NCBI GenBank assembly: GCA_043228905.1
Contig: JBHGNT010000010.1
Span: 17,484,001-17,548,000, forward strand
From: Azolla caroliniana
Taxonomy: Eukaryota; Plantae; Polypodiophyta
Reading direction: 5' to 3'
Length of the DNA: 64,000 nucleotides
In this document: in pieces, positions 36,662 to 46,358 of the stretch
Layout: each line of letters opens with the position of its first letter
Position numbering within the stretch: position 1 is the first letter of the stretch
Translations under genes and position numbers: made by a program
Notes under the pieces: model-generated
What the model was told of the DNA's origin: nothing
Seen by the model: the letters and a program-made list of their open reading frames with translations, nothing else
Databases searched by the model: none

Positions 36662-39039
36662 GGAGGATCCAAGAACGGTAAGGGGCCAGCCTTGGTGATG
36701 AAGCACAAGGCAAACTCAATGAAGAAGACCACTTCCAAATCGGAGGAAGTGTGGTACGTTGACTCCGGCGCATCGAACCACATGACGAGCCACGGGGAGT
36801 GGTTCTCCTTTTTGGAGAAGCCGGATCAACCGGGAGTTGTCAAAACCGGAGACGACACTCCCCACCCGATCGTGCACGTCGGAGAAGTCCCTTTGAGCCA
36901 CGTCGGATAGAGGGGGAAGCTGATGAATGTATTACATGTTTCGACGATCATGAAGAACCTGGTGTCGATTGGATAGATCGTCGACCAAGGGATGCAGGTG
37001 CGGTTTACGCACCTCGGGTGCTCCATTGAGGATGAGGGCGAAGTTATTGCACAAGGGCGCAGAGATGGGAGGATGTTTATCCTCAACACCAATGATGTCG
37101 GCACCGCACTATTCGCCAAAGGACAGAAGGTCGAGTCGGATATTGACCTGTGGCACAAGCGGATCGGCCACGTCAACTACTGGAGGCTTCAAGACCTGCA
37201 AACGGAACAAGTCGTTTTCGGTTTGCCGAAGTTTAGCGGTCGGAGAGCCCAGATTTGTGAAGCCTGCCAACTCGGGAAGCAACACTGGCTTCCATTCCCC
37301 ACCGAAAGAAATTGAAGCCGTAACAAGCTCGATCTTATCCATTCGGATGTGTGGGGACCGGCACAAAATGTTAGCATTGGCGGGAGTTGATATTTCGTCT
37401 CCTTCATCGACGACTACACGCGGCATACGTGGATCTACCTCATTGAGCGGAAGAGCGAAGTCTTCGAGTGTTTCCGGAGCCTCCAGAAGATGGTGGAACG
37501 GGAATCGGAGAGGAAGATCAAATGCCTACGGTCGGATGGTGGAAAAGAGTACTTTTCCGGCCAATTCAACAGCTATCTGCAACAAAAAGGAATTCGGCGA
37601 GAATTCAGCTGCAGATACACACCGCAACAGAACTGTGTGGCCGAAAGGAAGAATCGGTCGCTGATTGACGCGGCTAGGACAATGCTGGAGGAAAAGAGCA
37701 TGCCCAAGTTCTATTGGGCGGAGGCGGTCCAAACGATCGTTTACATCCAGAACCGGATCGGGGACAAGGTGTTAGCTCACGAGCTGTATTTCGGGCACAA
37801 GCCAAGTTTGAGACACCTCCGGATATTCGGCAGCATAGCCTATGTACATGTGCCGGATGAGAAGCGGAGAAAATTGGATGCAAAATCGGAAAAATGCATC
37901 CTAGTCGGCTATGCTCAAGAGCGAAAGGGGTATAAGTGTTATAACCCCCGGACGAAGCAGGTCCGAGTCAGCCGAGATGTCGAGTTTGATGAATCGGCAT
38001 CATGGTATTCCTTACCAACTCCGACTTCCGATCCTGACCTGATGTCGGAGGATGGGGCTAGCGAGCTTGAACCGGCCCAGGTAAAGAAAGATGAAGCCGG
38101 GACTCAAGATGAGAGTCCGGAATCATTCCGGTTAAGTGGACCGAATGAGAGACTGGATCAGTCCAACCAGTCGGATGATGAGACAGCGAGTAGTGGAGAC
38201 TCTGTCGTGCTCTTCCCGCGCAAGGAACCGAGGAGACGGTTCACACGCAAAGAGAAAGGGAAGTAGAAGATGTCGGAATTTGAGATCGGCAATGATGAGT
38301 CGGATCAATGCGTATCTGACTTCAGCAAGGACATAGGCAGATCTTCGGGAATGAAGACAGAACCGGCCAAGAAGGGTCTCATATCGGGTAACGGTGAGTT
38401 ACGCCGGTCCACCCGCCAGAAGGATCCCGTTAAACGGTATGGGTATAACGAGTACATGGCGCATCATTATGCGTACATGACCAAGGTCGCGGAAGTGCGT
38501 GAGCTGGAGAGCTACGCAGAAGCGGCAAAGGACGCAAATTGGCATGCCGCTATGGAGGAAGAAATGCGGGCACTGGATGCCAACGGAACTTGGGACCTGG
38601 TTGACCCTCCCCATCACTGTAAACCAATTGGATGCAAGTGGGTGTACAAGGTAAAGTACAATGCTGACGGTACAGTTAACCGGTACAAGGCCCGGTTAGT
38701 GGCGAAGGGATATGCGCAGACCCACGGAATCAACTACGACGAGACCTTCGCTCCCGTAGCGAAGATGACGACGGTTCATGTGGTATTAGCGGTTGCTGCG
38801 ACAAGGGGGTGGCATCTTCATCAGATGGATGTGAAGAATGCCTTCCTTCAAGGAGATCTTGAAGAAGAAGTCTTTATGACTTAGCCCCCCGGATTTCAGT
38901 CGGAGGTGAACAAGTCGGCGGTATGCCGGCTGAGGAAGTCGTTGTACGGCTTGAAGCAAGCCCCCCGTGCTTGGAATGCTAAGATCACGCACCGGTTGCG
39001 AAAGATGGGGTTTGTTGCCTCTAAGTTGGACTCTTCCCT
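36662..39039 (+). pseudogene. Element A pol (PR, GAG-pre-integrase, INT, partial RT) with six in-frame stops
   Basis: [56 protein letters not shown] and LYGLKQAPRAW all in one frame. Confidence 0.92.
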
Positions 39040-39127
39040 TGTTGGGAGACAAGGGGCCGTCAATGCGGAAGATCAAGAAGCATTCGATTCTTCTGAGTAC
39101 CTGCGTATGAAAGATTGTAGGTCGTTG

Positions 39128-39167
<40 letters not shown>

Positions 39168-39335
39168 AAAGAGTCTTTATTCCATAAAGCAAATAATACA
39201 ACACCCAACCTTACAAAAAGGTTACAAGGTCACTATATATAGTGACCGACTTAGGGCAACTACCCTTTATGCTAATTACATAAATGGCCAAAACGGGATA
39301 GTGTGAATACGTCCATTATACACATGTATTCGACA
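39040..39335 (-). repeat. 3' LTR of element D
   Basis: Inverted, diverged homolog of the F LTR at 46359-46643. Confidence 0.88.
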
Positions 39336-39921
39336 CTCCCCCGTAATGGGCGTATACATGGGTTATCTAAGATTACAGGTATAGACTTAGGTTCTCGGAC
39401 ATATCAGCTTTGTTCGAGTCGGCAGGGTCCGAAGGCAGAAGACCGAACTGGTCGGGTCGGAACAGTTGAAGCCGATCATTAAGGAACTGATGTCGGTTGT
39501 CGGGAACCATCCTGCTCTGTGTCCGGCTCTAACCGGATTGGTTTGTCGTTACGCCCATCTGATGCCGAAGAGACCGAAAGCGGTCTGCCGAAAGACATTT
39601 GGTCATTCCATCTGCGACATTGTCGGTTGTGGATATTTTCTCTAGACCGATTTTCCCTGAAATGACGCAGTCCCGAACGAAGTGATATCGAACGTCGATA
39701 TGTTTGGAGGCGTTGTGGTGAACCGGATTTTTCGACAAGGCAACAGCACCTTGACTGTCGCTGTAGACAACTGGAGCCGAGTCATGGTCGACTTGTCGAA
39801 ACGTGTGCGCCAGCCGACCGAGCCACAAAGCTTCTTTTGCTGCGTCGGACGCAGCTACATATTCTGCTTCGGTCGTTGAGGTCGCTGTGTGTTGGGATTT
39901 CGGTCCCTCCGGATGGGATGT

Positions 39922-40207
39922 CCGGATGATGAAGAGTACCCGGTTACGGAGCCGGATGAAGAGTACCCGGATACGGATCCGGAAGATGAAGAGTACCCGG
40001 TTACGGAGCCGGATGAAGAGTACCCGGATACGGATCCGGAAGATGAAGACCCCGGTTACGGAGCCGGATGAAGAGTACCCGGATACGGATCCGGATGATG
40101 AAGACCCCGGTTACGGAGCCGGATGAAGAGTACCCGGATACGGATCCGGATGCTGAAGACCCCGGTTACGGAGCCGGATGAAGAGTACCCGGATACGGAT
40201 CCGGATG
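39922..40207 (+). repeat. U3 tandem array in E 5' LTR, 5 x 55-57 bp
   Basis: Unit gatgaaga(gta/c)cccggttacggagccggatgaagagtacccggatacggatccgga. Confidence 0.93.
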
Positions 40208-40677
40208 CGGGGACATATTTGTGAATATGTTTGCTAAGAGCCCTTGTGGCTATATTTGTAAATAGCCCGAAAGTCATATATGTATAAATATGACTTAGGG
40301 CAAACAGTTTATGTTGTTGCTTATTTTTCATGAGAAGTGAGAGCAGCCGAGAGAGAGATAGAGCGCGAGAGAGACGAAGAGGTCGCTGCCTCTGTGTATT
40401 GCCGCCGCCTGTGGCGAAGACAGTGAGCTCAAGGTTGTTGCCTTGTAGCTTCACCAGTGTACATCCCTGTTCATAGTGATGGTTGGAGTTTGAGGACTCC
40501 CGTGGTTTTTCCCATTTAGGGTTTTCCACGTTAATCCCTGTGTCATCGTGTCTTTCTCTGTATTTCCTATTTTCTGCTACATTGATCCGCGATTAATCGG
40601 TTGTGGCCGAGTGAAGAAGGTGAATCCAAGCGGTGATTTCCTTACAAACTGGTATCAGAGCGACGGTAACACAGAAA

Positions 40678-43600
40678 ATGGAAGGCGGCAGCAGCGGGCA
40701 GCCGGGAATGATGGTGCTGAATGCACAGAATTACGCCGACTGGAAGATCAAGATGGAGGATCTTCTGATTGTTCGGGACCTGTACGAACCGATTGACAGG
40801 TCGGAAATACCGAAGGGAGTACTTGAGTCGGAGTGGAAGCTCCTGAACCGGAAAGCCGTAGCGACGATCCGACAATATGTCGATGTAAGCGTCCTACAAC
40901 ATGTGGCGAATGACACCAACGCATATGAGATGTGGAAGAAGCTGTCGGGCCTCTACGAGAGGAAGAATGCGTTGAACCGGACCTCCCTGATGAGGAAGAT
41001 TGTGAATCTCAAGTACCGGGACGGCGAGAGTATGGTGGAACACGTAAGCACGTTCATGGGATTCGTGAACCAGCTTGCGGCGATCAAGTTCCCGTTGGAG
41101 GATGCAATGCAAGCCATCATCCTGATGTGTACATTACCGGACAGCTGGGAGAACTTGGTGGTGACTCTCAGCACCTCCTGCACGGAAGACAACTTGTCCC
41201 TACAAACGGTAAAGACAAGTATTTTGAACGAAGAAGCGCGTCGGAGAGACAAAGAACCGGCCTCCGACTCGAAGGCGCTGCTTACCGAATCGGAACGGGG
41301 AAGACACTGGAACCGGAGTCCGCAAAGACGGGAGAAGTCGGGGACCCGGTCGCAGTCAAGAGGAAGGCCCACGTGCTTCCACTGTGGGAAGCCGGGGCAC
41401 TTCCGGAAGAATTGTCGGCATTACCGAAAGGACAACGGAGCCGACGACACCGATTCGAAGAAGTCACCGGAGAGAAACGGTGCATACCGGGGAGCCACGG
41501 ACCGGAGAGGTTCGGATCGGCGAGGGCAGGACCGGAAAGGAACGACGGCACTCGCGGCAAGTGAGGAAGAAATCATGCTCATCACCGAAGAAGGTGAACT
41601 AAACATTGCCGGCGATGAGACGACCTGGGTGGTCGATTCCGGAGCATCGTTCCACCTGACCCCGGAGAGAAGATACTTCTCATCCTACACAGCCGGCGAG
41701 CATGGCTGTGTTCGGATGGGAAACGAAGGCACGTGCCGAATTGCCGGCATAGGAGACGTGTGGTTGACAACCCCGACCGGATGCAAAATGCTGCTGAAGA
41801 ATGTCCGACACGTTCCGGAGGTCCGACTGAACCTGATTTCGGCCGGGAGGCTAGATGATGAAGGCTACACAGGTAGCATCCGGAACGGCGTAATGAAGTT
41901 CAGCAAGGGGAGCCTGATAGTGGCTCGGGCCCGGAAAGACAACACTCTGTACCTGATGAATGCCCGGTTATGTCCGGAAGAGCTGAATGTGGCAGCCGAC
42001 ACTGCCGGTGAGCTGTGGCACAAGAGACTGTGCCACATGAGTGAGAAGGGGATGAAGAGGCTTGCAGAAGACAACCTTATCCCAGTGAAGCATGTGCACC
42101 TGGAGAAGTGCACCGATTGCCTGGCCGGTAAGCAGAACCGAACCTCCTTCCACTCAAGGCCACCGACGAGACGTAGCGCACCATTGGAGTTGGTGCACAC
42201 TGACGTGTGTCAGGTAGAGACGAAGTCACATGGCGGAGCCCAGTACTTCGTAACATTCATCGATGATCATAGCCGGAAGCTGTGGACGGCACCGTTGAAG
42301 ACAAAGGACCAAGTGTTGTGCGTCTTCAAAGAACTCCACGCGAGAGTGGAGAGAGAATCCGGCAAGAAGCTGAAAGCGATACGAGCGGATAACGGAGGGG
42401 AATACCGGGGGCAGTTCCAGGAGTACTGTCGCTCGAAGGGAATCCGACTCGAGTTTACTGTGCCGAAGACGCCGGAACTGAACGGGCTGGCCGAGAGGAT
42501 GAACCGGACCATAATGGAGAGGGTCCGGAGTATGCTGGCACATGCGAAATTACCCAAGGGGTTTTGGGCTGAGGCAATGTCGACGGCGACATACGTGATA
42601 AACAGATCACCCTCAGTACCTTTGGACGGAGACACGCCACAGAAAGTGTGGACCGGTAAGGAAGTGTCCTACCGGCATCTGAAGGTGTTCGGGTGTCTCG
42701 CATACGTACATGTGGCAAAGGACCGGAGAGGAAAGCTAGATCCAAAGACCCGGCCATGCATATTCCTCGGTTACGGCGACGACGAGTTCGGCTACCGAGT
42801 ATGGGACCCGGTCAACAAGAAGATATTCCGGAGTCGTGATATCATCTTCATGGAGAACAAGACACTCGCCGACTGGGAGTCGGAGAAGAAGATGAAGAGC
42901 TCCAAGTGGACCGGTGAGGATCAACTCTATGGGGAGCAGTCCCGACCGGCAAGGGACCGGTTAGCACTCGAGGACCCGGCCGAAGACGGTGAAGAAACAG
43001 AACCGGCCGAAGAAGATGAAAATGATACCGGAACCGGCCCCGATCCCGAAATGGATTCGGATGAAGAAGAATCGGAAGAACCAGTTACCGAAGCTCCGGA
43101 ACGGAGATATCCTCTAAGAGAGAGAAGGGCCCCCCGGAGATTTCCGGAACCAGAGCATGTGCTGCTAACCGACGAGGGGGAGCCGGAGAGCTTTGAAGAA
43201 GCAAAGCATGACACCCAGAGCCGCAGGTGGTTGAGTGCCATGCAGGACGAGATGGATTCCCTGCATGAGAACCACACATATGAACTTGTGGAGTTGCCGA
43301 AAGGAAAGCGGGCACTTCGAAACAAGTGGGTGTTCAAGCTGAAACCGGGAGATGCCGGAAACCCCCCGAGATACAAAGCCAGGATCGTGGTGAAGGGGTT
43401 TCAGCAGAAGAAGGGCGTCGACTTCGACGAGATATTTGCCCCGGTAGTGAAGATGACCTCCATCCGGACGGTGCTGAGCATAGCGGCAAGCATGGACCTC
43501 GAGGTAGAACAGATGGACGTGAAGACGGCATTCCTTCACGGTGACCTCGAAGAAGAGATCTACATGCAGCAACCGGAAGGATTCGAGAAGAAAGGGAAGG

Positions 43601-44751
43601 AGCACCTGGTATGCCGGTTGAAGAAGAGCCTTTACGGACTGAAGCAGGCTCCCCGGCAATGGTACCGGAAGTTCGACTCCTTCATGACCGACGAAGGGTA
43701 CCTCAAAACGCAGTCCGACCACTGCGTGTTTGTGAAGAAGTTCGAAGGAGGAGATTTTCTAATACTCCTCCTGTACGTGGACGACATGTTGATCGTCGGA
43801 CGGGACCAGGTCAAGATTCGGATGCTGAAGAAGGCTCTTCACCGAACCTTCTCAATGAAGGACTTGGGTCCGGCGAGACAAATACTAGGGATGCACATCA
43901 TCCGGGACCGGAGCAAGAAGCAGTTGTGGCTGTCACAAGAGAAGTACGTGACAAAGGTGCTTCAACGGTTCAACATGTCGGAAGCAAGACCGGTCGGATC
44001 AACCCTACCGGCAAACTGCAAGTTGTCCAGCAAGCAAAGTCCCAAGACAAAGGCTGAAAAGGAGGATATGATGAAAGTGCCGTATGCCTCAGCTGTCGGG
44101 AGCCTGATGTACGCCATGGTGTGTACGAGACCGGACATCGGATACGCAGTCGGAGTGGTGAGCCGGTACATGAGCAATCCCGGCAAAGAGCATTGGAACG
44201 CGGTCAAGTGGATACTTCGATACCTGAAGGGCACGGCAAACGTGTGCCTCCGATTCGGCTCCGGTAAACCCGAACTCGACGGTTTCACCGATTCGGATAT
44301 GTCGGCTGATGGAGATACCAGCCGGTCCACATCAGGGTATGTGATGACGTATGCAGGGGGAGCCGTTTCGTGGCAGTCGAGGCTGCAGAAGACGGTTGCG
44401 TTGTCAACCACGGAGGCGGAGTACATGGCAGCTGTTGAAGCCGGCAAGGAAATAATATGGATGAAGGACTTCATTAGAGAGCTCGGAATCCGGCAGGAGG
44501 AGTACCGACTCTACTGCGATAGTCAGAGTGCCATCCACCTTGCAAAGAACGCGGCCTACCATTCCCGGACGAAACACATCCAGCGTAGATACCACTGGAT
44601 CCGGGAAAGGATAGAAGACAAGGAGTTCGTGCTGACGAAGATCCACACGAACGAGAACGGGTCGGATATGCTGACCAAGGTGCTCACACCCGACAAGCTG
44701 GAAACATGCCGGAAGAGGATCGGGTTGGAGAGACATCCCATGCCGAAGTGA
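40678..44751 (+). CDS. Element E Gag-Pol polyprotein
   Basis: Single uninterrupted ORF: CFHCGKPGHFRKNC, VVDSGAS, DNGGEY, YVDDML, RTKHI, SDMLTK. Confidence 0.97.
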   Translation: MEGGSSGQPGMMVLNAQNYADWKIKMEDLLIVRDLYEPIDRSEIPKGVLESEWKLLNRKAVATIRQYVDVSVLQHVANDTNAYEMWKKLSGLYERKNALNRTSLMRKIVNLKYRDGESMVEHVSTFMGFVNQLAAIKFPLEDAMQAIILMCTLPDSWENLVVTLSTSCTEDNLSLQTVKTSILNEEARRRDKEPASDSKALLTESERGRHWNRSPQRREKSGTRSQSRGRPTCFHCGKPGHFRKNCRHYRKDNGADDTDSKKSPERNGAYRGATDRRGSDRRGQDRKGTTALAASEEEIMLITEEGELNIAGDETTWVVDSGASFHLTPERRYFSSYTAGEHGCVRMGNEGTCRIAGIGDVWLTTPTGCKMLLKNVRHVPEVRLNLISAGRLDDEGYTGSIRNGVMKFSKGSLIVARARKDNTLYLMNARLCPEELNVAADTAGELWHKRLCHMSEKGMKRLAEDNLIPVKHVHLEKCTDCLAGKQNRTSFHSRPPTRRSAPLELVHTDVCQVETKSHGGAQYFVTFIDDHSRKLWTAPLKTKDQVLCVFKELHARVERESGKKLKAIRADNGGEYRGQFQEYCRSKGIRLEFTVPKTPELNGLAERMNRTIMERVRSMLAHAKLPKGFWAEAMSTATYVINRSPSVPLDGDTPQKVWTGKEVSYRHLKVFGCLAYVHVAKDRRGKLDPKTRPCIFLGYGDDEFGYRVWDPVNKKIFRSRDIIFMENKTLADWESEKKMKSSKWTGEDQLYGEQSRPARDRLALEDPAEDGEETEPAEEDENDTGTGPDPEMDSDEEESEEPVTEAPERRYPLRERRAPRRFPEPEHVLLTDEGEPESFEEAKHDTQSRRWLSAMQDEMDSLHENHTYELVELPKGKRALRNKWVFKLKPGDAGNPPRYKARIVVKGFQQKKGVDFDEIFAPVVKMTSIRTVLSIAASMDLEVEQMDVKTAFLHGDLEEEIYMQQPEGFEKKGKEHLVCRLKKSLYGLKQAPRQWYRKFDSFMTDEGYLKTQSDHCVFVKKFEGGDFLILLLYVDDMLIVGRDQVKIRMLKKALHRTFSMKDLGPARQILGMHIIRDRSKKQLWLSQEKYVTKVLQRFNMSEARPVGSTLPANCKLSSKQSPKTKAEKEDMMKVPYASAVGSLMYAMVCTRPDIGYAVGVVSRYMSNPGKEHWNAVKWILRYLKGTANVCLRFGSGKPELDGFTDSDMSADGDTSRSTSGYVMTYAGGAVSWQSRLQKTVALSTTEAEYMAAVEAGKEIIWMKDFIRELGIRQEEYRLYCDSQSAIHLAKNAAYHSRTKHIQRRYHWIRERIEDKEFVLTKIHTNENGSDMLTKVLTPDKLETCRKRIGLERHPMPK

Positions 44752-44793
44752 AGGGGGAGTTTGTTGGGATTTCGGTCCCTCCGGATGGGATGT

Positions 44794-45079
44794 CCGGATG
44801 ATGAAGAGTACCCGGTTACGGAGCCGGATGAAGAGTACCCGGATACGGATCCGGAAGATGAAGAGTACCCGGTTACGGAGCCGGATGAAGAGTACCCGGA
44901 TACGGATCCGGAAGATGAAGACCCCGGTTACGGAGCCGGATGAAGAGTACCCGGATACGGATCCGGATGATGAAGACCCCGGTTACGGAGCCGGATGAAG
45001 AGTACCCGGATACGGATCCGGATGCTGAAGACCCCGGTTACGGAGCCGGATGAAGAGTACCCGGATACGGATCCGGATG
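44794..45079 (+). repeat. U3 tandem array in E 3' LTR
   Basis: Same array as in the 5' LTR. Confidence 0.93.
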
Positions 45080-46358
45080 CGGGGACATATTTGTGAATAT
45101 GTTTGCTAAGAGCCCTTGTGGCTATATTTGTAAATAGCCCGAAAGTCATATATGTATAAATATGACTTAGGGCAAACAGTTTATGTTGTTGCTTATTTTT
45201 CATGAGAAGTGAGAGCAGCCGAGAGAGAGATAGAGCGCGAGAGAGACGAAGAGGTCGCTGCCTCTGTGTATTGCCGCCGCCTGTGGCGAAGACAGTGAGC
45301 TCAAGGTTGTTGCCTTGTAGCTTCACCAGTGTACATCCCTGTTCATAGTGATGGTTGGAGTTTGAGGACTCCCGTGGTTTTTCCCATTTAGGGTTTTCCA
45401 CGTTAATCCCTGTGTCATCGTGTCTTTCTCTGTATTTCCTATTTTCTGCTACATTGATCCGCGATTAATCGGTTGTGGCCGAGTGAAGAAGGTGAATCCA
45501 AGCGGTGATTTCCTTACACTGTGCACTCCTGAAGTTTCGACTTCCACGAGATTGCTCCATTGCCGAATTTGAAGCAGTATCCGGTTGTAGATTTCCGACT
45601 GTCTATACAGCCGGCGAAGTCCGAGTCGGTGTAACCGACTACGCCTGAGGTTCGGTTCGGACCGAAAAGAATGCCGTGGTCTTTTGTGCCAGCCAGATAT
45701 CTGAACACATGCTTGACTGCGTTCCAATGCGATCGGCCGGGATTGTGCATAAATCTGCTAACGACTCCTACGGCGTGAGAAATATCAGGCCGTGTCGCGA
45801 CCATCAGGTACATAAGGGAGCCGACTGCCGGTGCATACGGTACCGACTTCATATCTTCCCCCTCCGGACCGGATGTCGGGCAGTCTCGCTGAGAGAGCCG
45901 AAGATTCATAGGGAGCGGGGTTGAAGCAGATTTGGCTGATTGCATGTTGAAGCGTTCTAAGACACGTCGGATATAGTCGGTCTGAGACAGAAAAAGATGT
46001 CGTTTATCGCGATGCCGGACCGAGGTCCTTCATGGCAAACTTCAACCGCAGTTGCCGAATGAGATCGGCAAGGTCGCCCGCGCGGCGTCCAGAAATTAGC
46101 ATGTCGTCCACGTAAATGATGAGGAAGATGGGTGATCCATCTTGAGCTGTGTTGGTGAAGAGACAATGGTCCTCATCGCTTTTTGAGAAGCCGATCGATT
46201 GGATGAAGTCGTCGAACTTCTTGTACCATTGTCGCGTTGCCTGTTTGAGGCCGTATAGACTCTTCCTGAGTCGGCAGACTAGATGTTCTTGGCCAGTCGC
46301 CACGAAGCCTTTTGGCTGCTCCATATAAATTTCCTCGTCAAGATCACCATGGAGGAAG

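Larger units (their letters stand above)
22520..39039 (+). mobile_element. Ty1/Copia element A (host of the nest; 3' part not seen)
   Basis: 5' LTR TG..CA 22520-22969, PBS TGGTATCAGAGC 22970-22981, gag from 23065, interrupted by B (TSD GATCG), resumes in frame at 36662 with PR-INT-RT, interrupted by D at 39040. Confidence 0.92.
39890..45518 (+). mobile_element. Ty1/Copia element E, intact and very young (Tnt1/Tork-like by inference)
   Basis: 757-bp LTRs 39890-40646 and 44762-45518 with no difference seen; TSD CTGTG at 39885-39889 and 45519-45523; PBS 40650-40661; PPT ~44750-44760. Confidence 0.97.
39040..46358 (-). mobile_element. Ty1/Copia element D (3' LTR, RNase H, part of RT), inserted in A, interrupted by E and F
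   Basis: LTR 39040-39335 followed by PPT complement ctccccc; RH (YSDSQGA, SKHIDVRYHFVR, ADGMTK) from 39529; RT 45524-46358 (IYVDDML, LYGLKQA). Confidence 0.9.

Noticed and set aside
39922-40207. CRISPR-like appearance, or an acidic repeat peptide (DEEYPVTEP)
   Set aside because: No unique spacers or cas genes; the array is inside both LTRs and changes frame between units.
40056-40529. 157-aa minus-strand ORF duplicated at 44928-45401
   Set aside because: Chance ORF within the two LTRs of E.
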